This document shows positions 39,574 to 48,844 of a stretch of 64,000 nt of DNA, in pieces. The stretch covers positions 9,950-73,949 of the forward strand of contig JAKMEK010000040.1 in the NCBI GenBank assembly GCA_022425945.1, given 5' to 3'. Both the position numbers and the translations under genes were made by a program. The notes beneath the pieces were generated by a model. The model was not told where the DNA came from and did not search any database. It worked only from the letters and a program-made list of their open reading frames with translations. Numbering within the stretch: position 1 is the stretch's first letter; each line of letters begins with the position of its first letter. This DNA comes from Flavobacteriaceae bacterium. GTDB lineage: Bacteria > Bacteroidota > Bacteroidia > Flavobacteriales > Flavobacteriaceae.

Positions 39574-41059
39574 TTGCGTTTAGGTTAATTAAGGCATCCG
39601 CAATTTTACGGTCATTCGATAAACGAGGGACCTTGTTTTGTCCTCCGAGTTTTCCAATTGATTTCATGTACGCCTGAAACCCATTTCGTATCACGGGGGT
39701 TACGACCAATTGGCGTAAAACATTCCCCTGAATAAGGTCTTTGTAATAAATGTTTTGCTCCTCCATGGCGGCGTCCAATTTTTTGGTGAAGGCCGAGAAG
39801 TCTTCGGGTGCATCGTCAAATTCGACTAACCATTCATGATAGGGCAGCCCTTCTTTTGGTGCAACCTGAGGAGCAACCGTAAATTCATTGATGCGAATAT
39901 TTGTGCCTGCTGTGGCTTGTTTCATGGCTGTTTCAACCTCTTTCCCTATTACATGTTCTCCAAATGCTGAGATAAAGTGTTTTACACGCCCCGTAACCAC
40001 CAATCGATAAGGGCTAGTAGATACAAAACGAACGGTGTCTCCAATATTGTAGCCCCAAAGGCCAGCTGTGGTTGAAAGAATCAAAACGTAATTTATGCCT
40101 TCTTTGACTTCAGCTAAGGAATATCGATTCGGATTTTCATTACCAAATTCGTCTACTGGAATAAATTCATAAAAAATCCCATTATTGAGTAAAAGCAATA
40201 AGCCTTCCTTGTTTTGTTGGTCTTGGTAGGCGAAAAAGCCCTCTGAAGCTGGAAACAATTCAATGGTGTCTACCTGTTTTCCGATGAGGTTTTTAAAGAC
40301 CGAACGATAGGGTTCAAAATTCACTCCTCCGTAGACAAACAAAGAAAATTTAGGGAAAACTTCACTTACTTTTTTCTTGGTCTTGCTATTGATTTTTTCG
40401 AAATACATTTGCACCCAAGAGGGTATTCCTCCTATCAAAGTCATTTCTTCCGGGAGGGTTTCTTGGACTATTGCCTCTACCTTTTCTTCCCAGTCTTCAA
40501 TACAATTGGTCTCCCAGCTCGGCATTCTGCTTTTTTGCAAATAGGAGGGGACATAGTGGGCAACAATTCCTGAAAGTCGGCCTAAAGCGATGCCTGCTTT
40601 TTCCCCAAGGGTTGGGCTTCCTTGTAAGAAAATTTGTTTTCCATTGATAAAGCTTGCCTTTCCAGTAGTGTGAATATAAGTAAGTAGCGCATCCCTCGCA
40701 GCTTCTATGTGTGTCGGCATAGATTCCTTGGTGATAGGAATGTATTTCGCCCCTGAAGTTGTTCCGCTGGTTTTAGAAAAATAAATGGGTTTTCCTGGCC
40801 AAAGCACGTCTTTTTTTCCTGCTATGATTTGGTCAATGTATGGACGAATTCCTTCGTAATCACGAATAGGGATTTGTTGCTTGAACTCCTCGTGATTTGC
40901 GATGGTGTCAAAGTTATGATCTTTGCCAAATTGCGTGTTTTTGGCTTGCTTAAGCAAGTATTTTAAGGTTTCCTTTTGTGCGTTAATCGGATTATTTATC
41001 CATTGTTTATTTTTATAAACCACATAGCGCGCGAAAAGCTTGGCCGCAAATTCTTTCAT
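39563..41059 (-). CDS. GH3 (auxin-responsive) family acyl-adenylate/amido synthetase-like protein
   Basis: KTSGTTSGAKYIP P-loop, ASEGF, YNIGD, GGQNKVPRL; ATG 41059. Confidence 0.88.
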   Translation of the reverse strand: MKEFAAKLFARYVVYKNKQWINNPINAQKETLKYLLKQAKNTQFGKDHNFDTIANHEEFKQQIPIRDYEGIRPYIDQIIAGKKDVLWPGKPIYFSKTSGTTSGAKYIPITKESMPTHIEAARDALLTYIHTTGKASFINGKQIFLQGSPTLGEKAGIALGRLSGIVAHYVPSYLQKSRMPSWETNCIEDWEEKVEAIVQETLPEEMTLIGGIPSWVQMYFEKINSKTKKKVSEVFPKFSLFVYGGVNFEPYRSVFKNLIGKQVDTIELFPASEGFFAYQDQQNKEGLLLLLNNGIFYEFIPVDEFGNENPNRYSLAEVKEGINYVLILSTTAGLWGYNIGDTVRFVSTSPYRLVVTGRVKHFISAFGEHVIGKEVETAMKQATAGTNIRINEFTVAPQVAPKEGLPYHEWLVEFDDAPEDFSAFTKKLDAAMEEQNIYYKDLIQGNVLRQLVVTPVIRNGFQAYMKSIGKLGGQNKVPRLSNDRKIADALINLNANGK

Positions 41060-41061
41060 AC

Positions 41062-41937
41062 TTAATTCTCTGAAAAGTCGATAAAGTTTTCTGGATCCAT
41101 GGGGAAACCATCGCTCCATAATTCAAAATGCAAATGATAGCCCGTGGAATATTCTCCGGTATCTCCTGCAGTAGCGATTACCTCTCCAGCTACTACAGTG
41201 TCGCCCTGGTTTTTACTCAAGGCTGCGTTGTGTTTGTAGGCAGAAAGCAGACCATAGGGGTGTTCGACAATGATGACAAAACCCGTGTCAGCAGTCCATT
41301 CTGAAAAAATAACCGTTCCCTCTGCCACGGCTTTTACCGGTGCGTTTTCGTTGAGAACAATGTCTACCGCAAAATGTTTAGTAACTGGGTCATAGGTTTG
41401 CGAGAGGTTCCCTTTTGCTGGTGGAAACAAAACAAAATCAACTTTGCTTTTGCTGTTATTGACCACAGAATACTTGTCTTCTTGAGCAACAATAGACCTT
41501 AAAATCGAATCTTCTGCATTGCGTTTTGGTATTTCTCTAATGCCAATGTCTTGAGTGTCTAGAACGAACTGTTGCTGCTTGAATTCTTCGAAAGCGATGT
41601 CTCCCGTAAGGACTTTCTGTATTGAGCTCATCTGCAGTTGCGACTGCTGATAGGCAAGCATTAGTGAGTCTAGGCGAAAGGCGTTTTCGGCTGCTTGTTT
41701 TCGCATTTGAGTGGAGGAATAGCCCGGAATGAACTCTTTAATTGGGGTGTAGGAAATGAGCAATAATGTTCCTGTAAATAACAGCGAAAATATAAAGGTT
41801 GTGATAATGATTACGTTTAACCGTGTTAGGCGAAAATAGAGTTGCTCTTCAAAGGTTTCTTCATTGAGTATTACCAAGCGGTAGCGACTCAATAACTTTT
41901 TCCAAATCCTTTTACGGCTGCTGATTTCTTTTTTCAT
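41062..41937 (-). CDS. M23 family metallopeptidase with N-terminal TM
   Basis: HFAVD (HxxxD), YKHN, HLHFELW; -7 box TATCTTTG at 41944-41951. Confidence 0.88.
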   Translation of the reverse strand: MKKEISSRKRIWKKLLSRYRLVILNEETFEEQLYFRLTRLNVIIITTFIFSLLFTGTLLLISYTPIKEFIPGYSSTQMRKQAAENAFRLDSLMLAYQQSQLQMSSIQKVLTGDIAFEEFKQQQFVLDTQDIGIREIPKRNAEDSILRSIVAQEDKYSVVNNSKSKVDFVLFPPAKGNLSQTYDPVTKHFAVDIVLNENAPVKAVAEGTVIFSEWTADTGFVIIVEHPYGLLSAYKHNAALSKNQGDTVVAGEVIATAGDTGEYSTGYHLHFELWSDGFPMDPENFIDFSEN

Positions 41938-42042
41938 TTCACACAAAGATAAACAATCCTCTTGGGAATAAATCTTCCTTTATCGCTTCAAATCACATTC
42001 AGGGCGTTAAAATATTGTTTACATTTGTTCAAAATCTACTCT

Positions 42043-42231
42043 ATGATTCAAGCATCGGTTTTTTTCGGGGCAATTGGCCCACAACAAATCATTCTAATTT
42101 TAGTGATTGTGTTGCTTCTTTTTGGAGGACGCAAGATCCCTGAGTTAATGCGTGGTTTAGGCAGCGGTATAAAAGAATTTAAAAACGCAACTAAAGAAGA
42201 AGAGGAAAAAGAAACCAAAAAAGAAGACTAG
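42043..42231 (+). CDS. tatA: Sec-independent translocase TatA/E
   Basis: LLLFGGRKIPELMRGLGSGIKEFK; -7 box TACATTTG at 42020-42027. Confidence 0.93.
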   Translation: MIQASVFFGAIGPQQIILILVIVLLLFGGRKIPELMRGLGSGIKEFKNATKEEEEKETKKED

Positions 42232-43208
42232 TCCTCTTTGGGTTTTTCCAGCTTCATTGTTGAGATTATGCTGTTCAATTCGAACATATAATCTCGCTTT
42301 GCCACTGAAGGGGCAAAGGCAAATCCTTCGATCACAAAAGCCCTTTTGTTCAGCGTGTCTTTAAGCACATAATTTACAAAGGGGCCTGCCATAAAATCTC
42401 TTTTCACTTCCCACATTCCTTTTGTTAGGAAGGCTTTTTGTCCTGCCAAAGTAGTCGCATAAAAATACGGGCGGTAAGCCTTTTCTGTAATCATATGAGA
42501 TTTAGGTAATCGCCCAGGAACATGGTCTGCTCCAATTGAATCTCTAATAGAGATGAGTCGATTCAAGTTGAACCCTTCCAATTCCGCTAAAGGCAAAGAA
42601 TAAGCAATGATGTTTAACGTACCTTTTCGAACGGGCTTTTCTAACCATAGAAAATTAGTCGTGTCTTTCACTGTTGTGTAAGCAGTAGGGTAGGAAATGG
42701 ATACGCCAAATTTTGTTTCAAAATCTTGGTCCTTCGAAAGTGATTTCGATATTCTTCTAACCTTTTCTACGCGTTCATTTTCTTGAAAGGTTCCTATTAA
42801 AAGTGCAGCATTCTCCTTAATGTATTCTCCCATTACCTCTTCGTCTTCCCCTCGGACGTGTGCAAGGATCTGCGGACGAGCAAATTGATTTTGCGCCAGT
42901 TGAAACGAATTCAAACTGTCTTTTCTAAACCAGATTACATTCCTCCCGTGTCGACCAAATCCTGTGAATGCTTTTGGCTCAAGATAGCGCAATGTAAAGC
43001 GCGGTTCGTCTATCGGAAGACCCTCATAGATTGTTGCGATTTCATCACGAACGATTTTTCCCAGATAGCCTTCCCAAGCAGTTTTTTGCATTACGATGGT
43101 AATGTTATTTAAGTTCCCGCTAGAATCTGGAACGTAAGCCTTTTGTTTTCCGGACTCACAAGAGAAAAACGCGATTAAAGCAAGTATGGAAAGGATGGGT
43201 TTTTTCAT
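42228..43208 (-). CDS. DUF4837 family lipoprotein
   Basis: Lipobox FFSC; GLP.DEPRF, FARPQ, G.WE...DFMAGPF.NY, EGF.FAP...KRDY. Confidence 0.75.
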   Translation of the reverse strand: MKKPILSILALIAFFSCESGKQKAYVPDSSGNLNNITIVMQKTAWEGYLGKIVRDEIATIYEGLPIDEPRFTLRYLEPKAFTGFGRHGRNVIWFRKDSLNSFQLAQNQFARPQILAHVRGEDEEVMGEYIKENAALLIGTFQENERVEKVRRISKSLSKDQDFETKFGVSISYPTAYTTVKDTTNFLWLEKPVRKGTLNIIAYSLPLAELEGFNLNRLISIRDSIGADHVPGRLPKSHMITEKAYRPYFYATTLAGQKAFLTKGMWEVKRDFMAGPFVNYVLKDTLNKRAFVIEGFAFAPSVAKRDYMFELNSIISTMKLEKPKED

Positions 43209-43210
43209 AA

Positions 43211-44398
43211 TTATTCATTTAGAGCAGCGATTCCGGGTAGGGTTTTTCCTTCTAGGCTTTCTAACATTGCTCCTCCTCCTGTAGAAACATAACTAACCTT
43301 TTCGTCAAACCCAAATTGCTTCACTGCAGCAACCGAGTCACCTCCTCCTACGAGAGAAAATGCCCCTTTAGCGGTACTCTCTGCAATAAACGTACCCAAC
43401 GTGATTGTGCCATTGGCAAAATTGGAGAATTCAAAAACGCCCAAAGGACCATTCCAAAGAATTGTTTTGGCTTCATGCACAACTTTTTTGAAGTTTTCCA
43501 AGGATTTTGGGCCAGCATCCAAGCCTTCCCAGCCGTTTGGTATGTTGTTGATATCCATTGTTTTACGTTCTGTTTCATTCGAAAAATCTGTCGTCGCTAT
43601 AACGTCTACTGGAAGGTGAATCTGAACGTTTTTTGCTTTTGCCTTTTCCATCAATTCTAAAGTAAAGTCTAGATAATCATCTTCACAAATTGAATTCCCG
43701 ACGGTTCCTCCTTTTGCTTTCACAAAGGTATAGGCCATCCCTCCTCCTATAATGAGGTGATCTATTTTATCTAAAATATTTTCTATGATGGTGATCTTAG
43801 AAGATACTTTGGACCCGCCAAGAATGGCAAGCACTGGTTTGTCTCCTGTTTGCAAGACCTTGTCAATGGCTACAATTTCTTGTTCCAATAATTTACCCAC
43901 AACTTTTTGGTTGGGGAAAAACTGGGCAATGATCGTTGTTGAAGCATGTGCACGGTGAGCTGTACCGAAAGCATCATTTACGTATATGTCGGCTAATTGA
44001 GCCAATTGCTCAGCAAAGGCACGGTCACCTTTGGTTTCTTCCTCATGAAAACGCAAGTTTTCGAGAAGCATCACTTCTCCTGGTTTAAGGTTTGTTGCAA
44101 AGGTTTTGGCGCTTTCCCCAACACTGTCTTGAGCAAATTGAACAGCAACGCCAAGAATTTCTTCAACGGTTTTTACAATGTGACCCAGAGAAAGGTCTGA
44201 AGTAATTCCCTTCGGACGACCTAAATGTGACATCAAGATACAACTTCCTCCTCCGGCCAAAATCGCATCGATGGTTGGTTTAGCTGCTAATATTCGGGTC
44301 GCGTCTGTGACTTGTTTCTCCTCATTTAAAGGAACATTAAAATCTACACGGATGATTGCTTTCTTGTTCTTGAACTCAATTTGATCTAAAGTTGTCAT
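43211..44398 (-). CDS. pgk: Phosphoglycerate kinase
   Basis: RVDFNVP, SHLGRP, LENLRF, NDAFGTAHRAHAS, GGGDS, STGGGA; -7 box TACCTTTG at 44416-44423. Confidence 0.98.
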   Translation of the reverse strand: MTTLDQIEFKNKKAIIRVDFNVPLNEEKQVTDATRILAAKPTIDAILAGGGSCILMSHLGRPKGITSDLSLGHIVKTVEEILGVAVQFAQDSVGESAKTFATNLKPGEVMLLENLRFHEEETKGDRAFAEQLAQLADIYVNDAFGTAHRAHASTTIIAQFFPNQKVVGKLLEQEIVAIDKVLQTGDKPVLAILGGSKVSSKITIIENILDKIDHLIIGGGMAYTFVKAKGGTVGNSICEDDYLDFTLELMEKAKAKNVQIHLPVDVIATTDFSNETERKTMDINNIPNGWEGLDAGPKSLENFKKVVHEAKTILWNGPLGVFEFSNFANGTITLGTFIAESTAKGAFSLVGGGDSVAAVKQFGFDEKVSYVSTGGGAMLESLEGKTLPGIAALNE

Positions 44399-44495
44399 GG
44401 GAATTAAATTTTTGCCAAAGGTAGCTATATTTCTTTTTTGCTTTCGATTAAATATAACAGAAGATGATTCCGCGAGGAATATTCTATCTTCGCAT

Positions 44496-45614
44496 ATGGC
44501 TTTTTCATTCACTATTGGGCAAAATAACGCTAAATCAGCTTTGGAGCGCAGTTTAAACTCTACGCAAGTGCCTCATGCTCAGTGCTTTATTGACCATGGA
44601 GGTCGAGGCGGTCTCGCTCTTGCGCTTGATTGCGCTTTACACCTACTCTATCCCGAAATACCCGATTCTCTTGAAAAGGCACTGCAACACCCTGATTTAC
44701 ACTTTGTTTACCCTGTAACCACCTCTGATAGCGTCAAAAACAAGCCCCTTTGTGCCGATTATTTACCGGATTGGCGCAATTTCCTAAAAGAAGATCTTTA
44801 TGGTTCTTTAACCGATTGGTTGTATCGAATTGGTTCCGATAACAAACAAGGGAACATTGGTGTGGAGGAAACCGAGCGTTTATTCAAGTCGCTTTCATTA
44901 AAGGCTTATTTAGGAAAAAACAAAGTTTGTGTTTTGTGGGGCTTAGAACGATTAAATATTCAGGCGGCCAATAAATTGCTCAAGCTTATTGAAGAGCCTC
45001 CCAAAAACACTTATTTTATTTTAGTGGTTGAAGATGCAGATGCTTTACTCCCTACAATAAAATCACGTTGTCAAGAATTGTCACTTCCTCCTTTACGTCC
45101 ATCAGAAATAAAAGGAGAGCTCATGGCCCTAGAAATTGATGAGCTTCAGGCCAATGAAATTGCACAAAATGCGGGAGGAAATCTTCAGTGGGCCAAACAG
45201 CAGGTTTTACAAGGAGAAGAAACGAAAGAAGTAGAGGCTCTTCTAATCGAGTGTTTACGATGTGCATTCAAAGCTGGGGGAAATAAGGCAATCAGTATTG
45301 AGTTAATGCAATGGGCGAACAAAGCAGGTCAAATGGGGCGACCATTTCAGAAGGCGTTCTTACGTTATGGCCTAGCCTTTATACGTCAGGCGCTTTTATT
45401 GTCATATCAAACAACGCCGATTGTTACTTTTCGTTCTTTCAATAATTTTTCACTTGAAAAATTTGCTCCCTTTGTGCACAGCAAAAACGCTCATCGGCTA
45501 ATTCAGCTCTTTGAAGAAAGTATTTACAGCATTGAGCGAAATGCCAATGGGAAAATTCTCTTTACAGACTTTTGTCTTCAATTAACCCGTTTACTCAACA
45601 CCAAAGAAGCCTAA
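44496..45614 (+). CDS. holB: DNA polymerase III subunit delta'
   Basis: IGQ, HAQ, HPDLHFVYP, AANKLLKLIEEPP, LLPTIKSRCQ; degenerate Walker A. Confidence 0.88.
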   Translation: MAFSFTIGQNNAKSALERSLNSTQVPHAQCFIDHGGRGGLALALDCALHLLYPEIPDSLEKALQHPDLHFVYPVTTSDSVKNKPLCADYLPDWRNFLKEDLYGSLTDWLYRIGSDNKQGNIGVEETERLFKSLSLKAYLGKNKVCVLWGLERLNIQAANKLLKLIEEPPKNTYFILVVEDADALLPTIKSRCQELSLPPLRPSEIKGELMALEIDELQANEIAQNAGGNLQWAKQQVLQGEETKEVEALLIECLRCAFKAGGNKAISIELMQWANKAGQMGRPFQKAFLRYGLAFIRQALLLSYQTTPIVTFRSFNNFSLEKFAPFVHSKNAHRLIQLFEESIYSIERNANGKILFTDFCLQLTRLLNTKEA

Positions 45615-46471
45615 TTTTGCTTTTGAAAAAAATAAACGAGTGAGGAATACTCTCCTGTCCTCAAGGCATGAAGGTTAGAGTACAATCCGAAAATAAGTCC
45701 GCGTATCAACGGCAACGATCTTCCTTTATGCTTCTCTGACAAATAGCTTACATAAAATGCGTCAAACCAAAGGGGGCGAATTTTCGTGCACTCAAGGCCT
45801 TGCTTTTTAACAAGTGACACTAACCCTTGTTTAGAGAAATGCCACAAATGTCTCGGCACATCATACGCTGCCCAGTGGTCCTTATATTTTTCAGCATCTC
45901 TTGACTTAAAATTAGGAACTGCAATGATTAGAACTCCCTCATCGGATAGCATTGTTTGTAATTCCCCTAACAATTCTTCAGGCGCGGGTATGTGCTCAAG
46001 AACATGCCATAGGGCCACTACGCCAAATGTTTTTTTCTTGAGGGAAGCCAGGTCTTTGACCACCGTATTGGTTTCTTGGTGATGATTGCGTGCTTTTTCA
46101 TTTGGCTCAACCCCATGAGCGTCTACGCCTTTTCTTTTAAGATGGTTGACCAAAGAACCTGTACCACACCCATAATCAAGATACGATGACTCCTTTTCCA
46201 AGAAGGCTTGCATCCAACTGTGTTTTTTTGCAAACATAATTTCCTGTACAATCCCATAAACTTTCTCTACAAACGACTGTCTGGCATTACCGTGTGAGAT
46301 ATAATCCTCGTGCTGATAATATGAGGGTAGTTTGTTTTCGTCTGGAAAAGGGTGTGTCTTGGCGATCTGCGCGTCAAGGTCCAACAACAGCTCAAAAGAT
46401 TCGCCACTCACAAGCGCGTCTTTTGGAGAGGCTAATCGCTTTTTTTGGCTATTTGGTTCCACGTGAAACAT
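45611..46471 (-). CDS. Class I SAM-dependent methyltransferase
   Basis: YISH, LDYGCGTG, WHVLEH, AVPN, WAAYDVPRHLWHFS; ATG overlaps the mnmG stop (TAATG). Confidence 0.87.
   Translation of the reverse strand: MFHVEPNSQKKRLASPKDALVSGESFELLLDLDAQIAKTHPFPDENKLPSYYQHEDYISHGNARQSFVEKVYGIVQEIMFAKKHSWMQAFLEKESSYLDYGCGTGSLVNHLKRKGVDAHGVEPNEKARNHHQETNTVVKDLASLKKKTFGVVALWHVLEHIPAPEELLGELQTMLSDEGVLIIAVPNFKSRDAEKYKDHWAAYDVPRHLWHFSKQGLVSLVKKQGLECTKIRPLWFDAFYVSYLSEKHKGRSLPLIRGLIFGLYSNLHALRTGEYSSLVYFFQKQN
46455..46470. promoter_or_regulatory. parS centromere-like site (ParB binding)
   Basis: GGTTCCACGTGAAACA, 15/16 to consensus TGTTNCACGTGAAACA. Confidence 0.82.
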
Positions 46472-48342
46472 TAGCGTCCAAGTTTTACCAAAAGCACACT
46501 AATGTCACTAGGCTTGATTCCGCTGATTCTAGAGGCTTGTGAAATGCTGGTTGGAAGAATCTTCGTAAGCTTTTCTTTGGCCTCGTGTGACAGGGAGGCT
46601 AAAGAATGATAATCAAAATCTGCGGGTATTTTTACGGACTCTAAACGCGTAAGCTTATCTGCGTTTAGCTTTTCCTTTTCTATATAGCCGGCGTACTTGA
46701 TTTCAATCTCGGCCTGTTCTTGGACCTCAGCAGAGAGTGCGTTTGCAGAAATAAATTCGGCAACTTTAGGAACGGTTGTCATTTCGGCGGAGGTAATGTT
46801 GGGTCGAGAATACACCTTAATCATTTTATCCGATTGGCGAATTGGAGTAGAAGCCTTCTTCTCTAGAAACGGGTTCGCTTCCTCAGGGAGAATACTAGTC
46901 TTTTCGTAAAACTTTTTTAAGAGCGCTGTTTCCTCTCGTTTTTTATGAACAGCAGCAACACGCTCTTCGCTTGCCAGTCCTATTGCGTTAGAACGCTCGG
47001 ACAAACGTAAATCAGCATTATCTTGGCGGAGCAGTGTACGGTATTCCGCTCGACTCGTAAACATTCGGTAGGGTTCTTCAGTGCCCTTAGTAATAAGGTC
47101 GTCAATGAGCACACCGATGTAGGCTTCATTGCGTTTAAGAATGAAGGGGGCATCTCCTTTGTGATGCAAATGTGCATTAATCCCCGCCATCATTCCTTGG
47201 GCTGCGGCTTCTTCGTAACCAGTAGTACCGTTTATTTGACCTGCGAAAAAAAGACCATCCACAAGCTTTGTTTCTAGACTGTGTTTTAATTGGGTTGGTG
47301 GAAAGTAATCATACTCTATGGCGTATCCCGGACGAAAGAACTTTACAGCTTCGAAGCCCGCAACTTTTTTTAAAGCAGAAAACTGAACGTCTTGAGGGAG
47401 GGAAGTTGAAAAACCGTTGATGTAATACTCTATCGTATTCCAACCTTCGGGCTCAACAAATATTTGATGGCGATCCTTATCTGCAAAGCGGTTAATCTTA
47501 TCTTCAATCGATGGGCAATAGCGTGGTCCTGTGCTTTGTATGGCGCCGTTAAACATTGGCGATCGGTCAAAGCCTGTTCGTAACTCATCGTGTACAGCCA
47601 AGCTGGTATAAGTAATGTGACAAGAACGCTGTTTGGTTAAAGGTGATGTAACGTTAGAATAAGAGAAGGTACCCGGGTCTGCATCCCCTGGTTGCTCTTC
47701 CATTTTTGAAAAGTCTAAGGATCTTCCATCAACGCGTGGGGGAGTTCCGGTTTTCATTCTCCCGGATATAAACCCTTTTTCTTCGAGTACAGCAGTTAGC
47801 CCCACAGAGGCGCTTTCTCCTGCCCGACCTCCTCCAAAATTCTGCTCGCCTATATGGATTAATCCATTGAGAAAAGTTCCATTAGTTAGTACAACAGTCT
47901 TAGCATTTATCTTGATGCCTGTGCTGGTAATGATCCCGCTAACAGCATCTGCATCGAACAAAAGGCCAGAGACCATCTCTTGGTAAAAATCAAGATTCTC
48001 TGTTTGCTCCAACATCTCTCTCCATGTTTGCGCAAACAGCATACGATCTGATTGAACTCGTGGACTCCACATTGCCGGTCCTTTGGAACGGTTGAGTAAT
48101 TTGTATTGTATGGCAGACTTATCAGAAACGATACCACTATAACCACCCATGGCGTCGATTTCGCAGACGATCTGTCCTTTAGCGATTCCTCCCATCGCAG
48201 GGTTGCAGGACATTTGCGCAATGTTTTGAAGATTCATGGTAACGAGAAGGGTTTTACTCCCCATATTCGCAGCTGCCGCAGCAGCTTCAGCACCAGCATG
48301 GCCAGCGCCTACTACAATAACATCATAATGTAAATCAAACAT
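46471..48342 (-). CDS. mnmG: tRNA uridine-5-carboxymethylaminomethyl(34) synthesis enzyme MnmG (GidA)
   Basis: GAGHAG, SCNPAMGG, KTGTPPR, GPRYCPSIEDK, GQINGTTGYEEA, EPYRMFTSRAEYR. Confidence 0.98.
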   Translation of the reverse strand: MFDLHYDVIVVGAGHAGAEAAAAAANMGSKTLLVTMNLQNIAQMSCNPAMGGIAKGQIVCEIDAMGGYSGIVSDKSAIQYKLLNRSKGPAMWSPRVQSDRMLFAQTWREMLEQTENLDFYQEMVSGLLFDADAVSGIITSTGIKINAKTVVLTNGTFLNGLIHIGEQNFGGGRAGESASVGLTAVLEEKGFISGRMKTGTPPRVDGRSLDFSKMEEQPGDADPGTFSYSNVTSPLTKQRSCHITYTSLAVHDELRTGFDRSPMFNGAIQSTGPRYCPSIEDKINRFADKDRHQIFVEPEGWNTIEYYINGFSTSLPQDVQFSALKKVAGFEAVKFFRPGYAIEYDYFPPTQLKHSLETKLVDGLFFAGQINGTTGYEEAAAQGMMAGINAHLHHKGDAPFILKRNEAYIGVLIDDLITKGTEEPYRMFTSRAEYRTLLRQDNADLRLSERSNAIGLASEERVAAVHKKREETALLKKFYEKTSILPEEANPFLEKKASTPIRQSDKMIKVYSRPNITSAEMTTVPKVAEFISANALSAEVQEQAEIEIKYAGYIEKEKLNADKLTRLESVKIPADFDYHSLASLSHEAKEKLTKILPTSISQASRISGIKPSDISVLLVKLGR

Positions 48343-48343
48343 A

Positions 48344-48772
48344 TTAATTGTGTTTCACGTGGAACATTGAGATGCAGTGGTCTTCTTGTTCACGCATTAA
48401 CTTTTTTTGTTCATCGGTGGTGTCAAAATAATCCATGGCATGTAGAAAACCGTGTGACAGTAGCCTAAGTAGTTCATTCACAGCGGTTTCGTTATACTTT
48501 ATAGCGTTTTCTTTCAGTCTGCTGGTAGAAATATAGATTTCAGCTTCAATAAAGGGCATTTGAGCATAACTAAATGTGACAATGTCGGTGTGTGTATCGT
48601 GGTCTAGATAAGCCTTGTTTAGGGACAACAGACGCTCTTCTGAAACGAAGGAGTATTGTAACTGTTCGATTTGCACTCCATAAGTCAATGCACAGGTATC
48701 AAGCCATTTAGATAGTTTGGTTGTGCTGGGAGCAAAATCGGGTAAGTCAATAAATTGTAACTGTTCTTCCAT
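48344..48772 (-). CDS. ybeY: rRNA maturation RNase YbeY
   Basis: LNKAYLDHD..TDI.TF, EIYIS, HGFLH motif; ATG 48772. Confidence 0.85.
   Translation of the reverse strand: MEEQLQFIDLPDFAPSTTKLSKWLDTCALTYGVQIEQLQYSFVSEERLLSLNKAYLDHDTHTDIVTFSYAQMPFIEAEIYISTSRLKENAIKYNETAVNELLRLLSHGFLHAMDYFDTTDEQKKLMREQEDHCISMFHVKHN
48351..48366. promoter_or_regulatory. parS centromere-like site (ParB binding)
   Basis: TGTTTCACGTGGAACA; reverse complement TGTTCCACGTGAAACA is a 16/16 consensus match. Confidence 0.9.
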
Positions 48773-48776
48773 AATG

Positions 48777-48829
48777 CAAATATAGCCAAACTTATAGGAT
48801 GCAGGAATCGGCAATACCCACTATATTTG
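48777..48829. promoter_or_regulatory. Back-to-back -7 boxes (TATATTTG) for ybeY (minus, 48777-48784) and gltX (plus, 48822-48829)
   Basis: CAAATATAG...CTATATTTG inverted pair in a 72-bp divergent spacer. Confidence 0.6.
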
Positions 48830-48844
48830 TGGAAAATTTATTAC

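Noticed and set aside
44397-44512. Overlapping N-terminal extensions of pgk and holB in the ORF track (similar extensions for gldH, atpF, purD, GH3, ybeY, M1)
   Set aside because: Longest-ORF artefacts; downstream ATGs follow -7 boxes or upstream stop codons and give typical protein lengths.
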